Assembly (NCBI GenBank): GCA_965227295.1 | Contig: OZ245742.1 | Coordinates: 3,360,001-3,424,000 of the forward strand | From: Leptonemataceae bacterium | GTDB taxonomy: Bacteria; Spirochaetota; Leptospiria; Leptospirales; Leptonemataceae | DNA: 64,000 bases | Reading direction: 5' to 3' | Shown: positions 59,083 to 64,000 of the stretch, in pieces | Layout of the letters: every line of letters begins with the position of its first letter | Numbering within the stretch: position 1 is the first letter of the stretch | The notes under the pieces: generated by a model | Told to the model about the DNA's origin: nothing | The model's database searches: none | What the model saw: the letters and a program-made list of their open reading frames with translations, nothing else | Position numbers and translations under genes: made by a program

Positions 59083-60264
59083 ATGACCGAACCGGTGTAT
59101 CCCATGATCGCCAAAACCATGCGCGGTCTCGAAGAGTTGCTCGCCGCGGAGCTGGACGCGATCGGCGCCAGGCGCACGGCCGTGCAGCCGCGAGCCGTCG
59201 TCTTCGAGGGCGACACCGAAACGATGTATCGTGCGAACGTCGAGAGCCGGTTGGCCCTGCGCGTGCTGAAACCCGTGCGCACGTTTTATATTAACTCCCA
59301 GGATGAGTTCTACGAAAAAATGCGCGCCTACGATTGGTCGCAGCACATGGGCAACGATACGTCCTTCGCCGTGGATACCACGGTCTTCAGCGATCTGTTT
59401 CAGAACTCTCAGTTTGTAGCGTATCGTACCAAAGATGCGATCGTCGATTACTTTCGGGATCGCACCGGCGGTCGGCCGAACGTGGACATCAAGTTCCCCG
59501 CGATTCGTTTTCATGTCCGATTGGAACGCAAACTCGTGACGGTGTCGCTGGACAGTTCCGGTCAATCGTTGCACCGTCGCGGCTATCGCAGTCGCGCCGA
59601 CCGCGCGCCCATCTCGGAAGTTCTCGCCGCCGGGCTGATCCTGCTCTCCGGCTGGGATCGTCGCGGGACCTTCGTGGATCCCATGTGCGGTTCGGGGACC
59701 ATCGCCATCGAAGCGGCAATGATCGCGCGCAACGTCGCGCCGGGTTTGATTCGCGAGCGCTTCGGATTCATGAACTGGCCGGACTACGATGCCGCGCTCT
59801 TTCGCAGAGTGCGCGAGGCTGCAAAGGGACGTGCCCATCAGCGTCCGGCCCGCGGTGTCTTTCGGCCGGTGGTCGCCGCCGATCTTTCAGCGAAGGTCAT
59901 CGACATCGCGAAAGAAAACGTGCGCCGCGCCGGCCTGCCGGCGGAGGCCGTAGAGTTTCACCAGAGCGCCTTCGAAAACTTCGAGCCGCCGCCGGGGCCG
60001 GGCGTCGTCGTCATGAATCCACCGTACGGTCAACGCCTCAAGAAAGTGGACATCGATCGCTTTTACAAACACCTGGGCGACAAACTCAAACATAGCTACG
60101 ATCAATACGACGCCTGGATTCTGTCTTCGAACAAAGAGGCGCTGAAGGCCGTGCACCTCAAGGCTTCGAAGCGGATCACATTGTACAACGGGCCCTTAGA
60201 ATGCAGTTATCGTAAGTTTGAGATCTACGCGCCGAGCCCCGCTGAAGACGAAGTTCAGGAGTAG
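59083..60264 (+). CDS. THUMP-domain rRNA m2G methyltransferase (RlmL/YpsC-like)
   Basis: GLEELLAAEL, SLHRRGYR, DPMCGSGT, NPPYG, LYNGPL. Confidence 0.93.
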   Translation: MTEPVYPMIAKTMRGLEELLAAELDAIGARRTAVQPRAVVFEGDTETMYRANVESRLALRVLKPVRTFYINSQDEFYEKMRAYDWSQHMGNDTSFAVDTTVFSDLFQNSQFVAYRTKDAIVDYFRDRTGGRPNVDIKFPAIRFHVRLERKLVTVSLDSSGQSLHRRGYRSRADRAPISEVLAAGLILLSGWDRRGTFVDPMCGSGTIAIEAAMIARNVAPGLIRERFGFMNWPDYDAALFRRVREAAKGRAHQRPARGVFRPVVAADLSAKVIDIAKENVRRAGLPAEAVEFHQSAFENFEPPPGPGVVVMNPPYGQRLKKVDIDRFYKHLGDKLKHSYDQYDAWILSSNKEALKAVHLKASKRITLYNGPLECSYRKFEIYAPSPAEDEVQE

Positions 60265-60983
60265 AACTTTGCCGCCTCGCTCAATTCCAGGCGCGGCGCG
60301 TGAAATTCGTTCAGCGCCTTGCCCGCCTCGGGATAACCGATGCTGATGCCGCAGACGATCTTGTCGGTTTCCGCTAAGTCGAGTTCCCGGCGGACTACGG
60401 CGGGAAAGGCGCCCAGCGCGGCCTGGGGACAGCAGCCGAGGCCGTATGCCCGGGCGAGCAATAGAACGGTTTGTAACGCGCATCCCAGGTCCATGCCGGT
60501 AAAGAAGTCGGTGGCGAAGTCCGTCGTAATGAACACCGCCACCGGCGCACCGAAGAATCGAAAATTCTCCAGCATGAAGGCGTCCCGCGCCTGGCGGTCT
60601 TTGCGGTCGATGCCGGCGACTCCGTAGACCCGCATGCCGAGATCAAACATGCGTCGTTTCGCCTGCGCCGGATAGGCTTCCGGCCAGGCGACGTCCGGTG
60701 CCGGCTCGCTTTCCTGCGCGGCCTTAACTAACAGATCGGCCAGGCGATTTCGCCGTTCTCCGGTTACAATGTGATACTTCCACGGTTGAGAGTTTTTCCA
60801 GCTCGGCGCGCGCAACGCCCGGCCAAAAAGATCTTCAAGCACTTCCGCGGGAACGGGGCGGTCCTCGTAGGCCCGCACACTGTGCCGGCTTTCTACGGCC
60901 TCGAATAGATTTGTGGCCGCCCCGTGTACGGCCAGGAAACGTTCCCCGGCCGTTTCCGTAATGTTTGAATGACCCGTGTTCAT
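60255..60983 (-). CDS. Nitroreductase family protein
   Basis: RHSVRAY, APSWKNSQPW, FFGAP, GISIGY; GGGAGG RBS before ATG 60983. Confidence 0.92.
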   Translation of the reverse strand: MNTGHSNITETAGERFLAVHGAATNLFEAVESRHSVRAYEDRPVPAEVLEDLFGRALRAPSWKNSQPWKYHIVTGERRNRLADLLVKAAQESEPAPDVAWPEAYPAQAKRRMFDLGMRVYGVAGIDRKDRQARDAFMLENFRFFGAPVAVFITTDFATDFFTGMDLGCALQTVLLLARAYGLGCCPQAALGAFPAVVRRELDLAETDKIVCGISIGYPEAGKALNEFHAPRLELSEAAKFYS

Positions 60984-61009
60984 GACAGAGTCCTCCCATG
61001 AATGAATTG

Positions 61010-61031
61010 ACAGACAGACTGGTCTGTCTGT
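61010..61031. promoter_or_regulatory. TetR operator palindrome ACAGACAGAC-tg-GTCTGTCTGT
   Basis: Perfect 10-bp inverted repeat between the divergent nitroreductase and tetR genes, overlapping TTGACA at 61007. Confidence 0.75.
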
Positions 61032-61116
61032 ATCCTGCTGTCCATGAAAATTTCGGGGCCGGAGAAAATCCCGGAAATCACTTGCCGATGCCCCGTGCAG
61101 TGCGTTATCGTTCGGC

Positions 61117-61734
61117 GTGGCGGCGCGCAGGACAGCATCGAAGAAAATTTCGACGGAACGGGAGCCGTCCGTGCGGGAGCGCATTCTCACGACGGCCACG
61201 CGTTTGTTCGCAAGCCAGGGCTATCCGAACACCGGCATCAATCAAATCATCACCGAGTCCGGGACGGCGAAGGCCAGTTTCTACGACTACTTCCCGGCGA
61301 AAGAGGATCTCGGTTGCGCCTATCTGGAAGCTTACGGTGAGGCGAACCTCGCGACCCTGGATCATCTGGCCCGGCGTTTCGAGCGCCCGGTGGACTTTCT
61401 CATTGCCTGGGTGCGCATCCTCAAACGTAACATTCGGCGAGAAGAACTTTACGGTTGCGCCATGGCGAACTTGCACGCGCAGCTCGGAGGTTCGTCGGCC
61501 GTTCTGGACGCAGAAATCCGCAAGCTGGCGAAGGCGACGATCGGACGCATTGCCGATTACCTGGAAGGGGCGCAAACGAGCGGCCATCTGGACCCGGACG
61601 CCAATCCGCGCCTGCTGGCCCGCCGGATCTTTTCGCTCTACGAGGGCGCGTTGCAAACCTGGGTGCTCACCGGTGAACTGGCCGCCATCGACGACCTGGC
61701 CATCCTGGGAGAGCCGTTGCTCCTCCGCCGCTGA
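61117..61734 (+). CDS. TetR/AcrR-family regulator (NemR/YxaF-like)
   Basis: RERILTTATRLF..QGY..TGINQII.ESGTAKASFY.YF..KEDL; GC motif. Confidence 0.92.
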   Translation: MAARRTASKKISTEREPSVRERILTTATRLFASQGYPNTGINQIITESGTAKASFYDYFPAKEDLGCAYLEAYGEANLATLDHLARRFERPVDFLIAWVRILKRNIRREELYGCAMANLHAQLGGSSAVLDAEIRKLAKATIGRIADYLEGAQTSGHLDPDANPRLLARRIFSLYEGALQTWVLTGELAAIDDLAILGEPLLLRR

Positions 61735-61739
61735 TCGGC

Positions 61740-62129
61740 TCAGCCGTCCGGATAATGACTCAGCCCCACGCGATTGCCCTCGGGATCGCGGAAGTAGAGC
61801 GTGAAGTCCGTCTCGTGGACGATCTCCACGCCGTGCTCCGCGAGCCTGGTGCGCCAGGATTCACGCTCGCCGGCCGCGATGCTGAACGCGATCAGATGAT
61901 AGCCCGGGCGTTTTTCGGGGAAGCCGTTCGCGGAGGCGCCGGCTGTCGTGGCCGCTTCGATCATTAAGATCGCGTTCGCATCTAACTGTAACCAAACGGA
62001 TGTTACGGCACCGGCGTCGTTTTGTTCGCGAATGCGCGGTAGCTCCAGGACCCGTTCGTAAAAATCCGCCAGGGCCGCAGGATTTTGCGCGGCCAGGGCG
62101 ATGTGATGAACTCTCAGTCCTCGCCCCAT
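61740..62129 (-). CDS. VOC (glyoxalase/bleomycin resistance) family protein
   Basis: VHHIAL, FYERVLEL, HLIAF, LYFRDPEGNRV. Confidence 0.88.
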   Translation of the reverse strand: MGRGLRVHHIALAAQNPAALADFYERVLELPRIREQNDAGAVTSVWLQLDANAILMIEAATTAGASANGFPEKRPGYHLIAFSIAAGERESWRTRLAEHGVEIVHETDFTLYFRDPEGNRVGLSHYPDG

Positions 62130-62521
62130 TTGTGCACGGCGAGCAGCACTGTTTTTTCGACGGCGGCCTCGCGCAGGGCCGAGAGCCCGGCATACTCGGG
62201 TTTCGTCACCATGTCGCGAAAGGCCTGGCGGGACGGATACTGCACGAGCAGGACCTTGTCCCAGGCGTCGACCTCCGGATCGCCGATGAACGTCATGTCC
62301 ACGGAACCGGCGTAGCGCGGTCGGGCGCCGGCTGTTTTCAGCATGGGTTCCATCTGTTCCATGTAGCGCTCGTAAATCTCGGCGCCGGTCTCGCCGTCGG
62401 CGTTTTTCTCTTTTTTGAACTTCAGCAGATTCACCATCACGAAGGGGCCGTCTTCCCGGGGGAGTTTGCTGAAGTCGACGAATTGCCGTCGCGTGGGGTT
62501 GCGGTAATCGGTATTTGCCAT
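62114..62521 (-). CDS. DUF1330 domain protein
   Basis: GPFVMVNLLKFK, WDKVLLVQYPSRQAF..M...EY, REAA. Confidence 0.85.
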   Translation of the reverse strand: MANTDYRNPTRRQFVDFSKLPREDGPFVMVNLLKFKKEKNADGETGAEIYERYMEQMEPMLKTAGARPRYAGSVDMTFIGDPEVDAWDKVLLVQYPSRQAFRDMVTKPEYAGLSALREAAVEKTVLLAVHKWGED

Positions 62522-62529
62522 AACTTAAT

Positions 62530-64000
62530 CTAAACGACACTTACCTGTACCGGCAGGCCGCAGAAGGCGGCGTTGCCGGAGAGCTCGTCCAGTTCCTGTT
62601 CGTCCGTAAGATCGTTGATGCTCACGCCGGCGTTTTCATCCTCCGCGGCGACGCTCATGCGCACCCCCTTGCGATGGTGACCGAATCCGTGGGGCAGACT
62701 GACCACGCCCGGCATCATCGCATCGCTCACCTCCGCCTGGCTGACCACGCTGCCCGTGCGCGACACGATCCGCACTGCGCCTCCGTCGCTGACGCCGATG
62801 CGTTGGGCGTCGTCCGGATGCATCAGCAATGTGCACCGCGACTTGCCGGCCATGAGTTTCGGGATATTGTGCATCCAGGAATTGTTCGATCGCAGGTGCC
62901 GCCGGCCGATGAGCCAGAGCGCATCGCTTACGGCTTCGAATTCGGCCGCCTTTGCTGCGAGGCGTTGGCCGTCTTTGCGCATGACCTCCGGGGCGAGGTC
63001 GATCAACTGATCCTCGGTGCGCAGACGCTTCGGAAAGAGCGGTTGCAGCGGACCGAGATCTATGCCGTGCGGATTCTGTTCGAGCGTCGCCACCGAAAGA
63101 TCGTGAGATTCGGCGTACGGGCCGCTGGTTAAGAAGTGATCCAGGAAAGTTAGCGGACTCATCTTACTCTCGATGACCTGGTCCGGCAGCGGGCGGCCTT
63201 TCTTTAAGAGATCCAGGCGTTTGGCGAGGTCGGCGTAGATTTCCCAATCGTGCAACATGCCGTCTTCTTTCTCGAAGACCGCCGGTGAAATGCGCGTGAA
63301 GTTGCGCACGCCGAACACGTGGAAGATGAGATCGTAGTGCTCGTGTTCGAGGGGCGAGGTGGGCGGCAGGATGACGTGAGCGCGGCGGGTCGTCTCGTTG
63401 AGGTAGAAGTCGATGCTCACCATGAACTCGATGTCCGCCAGGGCTTCGTCCAGGCGGTGGCCGTTGGGCGTGGAGAGAACGGGATTGCCCGCGGCGGTGA
63501 TCATGGCGCGGATCTGCCCGGGGCCGGGGCTGAGGATTTCGTCGGCCATCGTGGCGACGGGGAACTCGCCGCCGAATTCAGGCAGATTGCGGACGCGGCT
63601 GCGATAACGATCGAAGGCGCCGCGGTTTTGCCCGAGGGCGCCGCCGGTTACGTCCGCCGCGCCCAGCGGAAACATGGCCCCGCCGGGACGATCCAGATTC
63701 CCGGTGACGATGTTGACGGCGTTGAGCAACCACTGGCACAGTGCGCCGAAGGGTTGCGTCGAAAGACCGATGCGCCCGTAGGCTACCGCGGACTCCGCGC
63801 TCGCGAATTCCCGGGCAATCCGGCGAATGTCGCCGGCGTCGATGCCGGTGATCTTCGCCGCGGTTTCGGCGGAGTAGGGCTCGACGAAACCGCGCAGTTC
63901 GTCGAGATGTTTCGAGAACTCCAGGGCCCCCGTGTTCGGCCCCGGTTGTTTCGTTAAGTTTTCTGAAAATAAAGTTTGCAGAATCGCCAGGAGGAAGTAC
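62530..64000 (-). CDS. Molybdopterin-dependent oxidoreductase (5'-truncated by window edge)
   Basis: TGNLDRPGG, AGNPVLSTPN, SIDFYLNETTRRAHVILP, RRHLRSNNSWMHN, PGVVSLPHGFGH. Confidence 0.92.
   Translation of the reverse strand, partial: YFLLAILQTLFSENLTKQPGPNTGALEFSKHLDELRGFVEPYSAETAAKITGIDAGDIRRIAREFASAESAVAYGRIGLSTQPFGALCQWLLNAVNIVTGNLDRPGGAMFPLGAADVTGGALGQNRGAFDRYRSRVRNLPEFGGEFPVATMADEILSPGPGQIRAMITAAGNPVLSTPNGHRLDEALADIEFMVSIDFYLNETTRRAHVILPPTSPLEHEHYDLIFHVFGVRNFTRISPAVFEKEDGMLHDWEIYADLAKRLDLLKKGRPLPDQVIESKMSPLTFLDHFLTSGPYAESHDLSVATLEQNPHGIDLGPLQPLFPKRLRTEDQLIDLAPEVMRKDGQRLAAKAAEFEAVSDALWLIGRRHLRSNNSWMHNIPKLMAGKSRCTLLMHPDDAQRIGVSDGGAVRIVSRTGSVVSQAEVSDAMMPGVVSLPHGFGHHRKGVRMSVAAEDENAGVSINDLTDEQELDELSGNAAFCGLPVQVSVV

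Overview
GC-rich bacterial chromosomal segment (visually >60% GC; not computed) that is densely coding. Its gene content is typical of Leptospirales spirochaetes: a LipL41-like lipoprotein with a Lep-like partner, a DUF1554/Len-type lipoprotein, a 7TM-DISM-SpoIIE-TPR phosphatase, a pectinacetylesterase-family lipoprotein and Ccr. It carries the RNase P RNA (rnpB), housekeeping genes (purT, ccr, leuB, trpF, mutS, hemF, sua5, crcB, dGTPase, THUMP methylase), many signalling proteins, a higBA toxin-antitoxin pair and two small lower-GC islets (a HEPN-like ORF and an ADP-ribosylglycohydrolase). I saw no CRISPR array, tRNA, rRNA, prophage or transposase. Most notable observations: (i) an in-frame fusion of a nucleophile-less alpha/beta hydrolase, a PilZ domain, a hydrophobic segment and an unknown domain; (ii) several apparent pseudo-enzymes (a degenerate HD-GYP gene upstream of an 810-aa orphan; a pectinacetylesterase homologue lacking catalytic Ser/His); (iii) two dispersed REP/REPIN- or MITE-like intergenic repeat families plus a three-way-junction element abutting rnpB; (iv) small ORFs and gene relics missed by the ORF track. 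Family assignments come from motif recognition by eye, not database searches.
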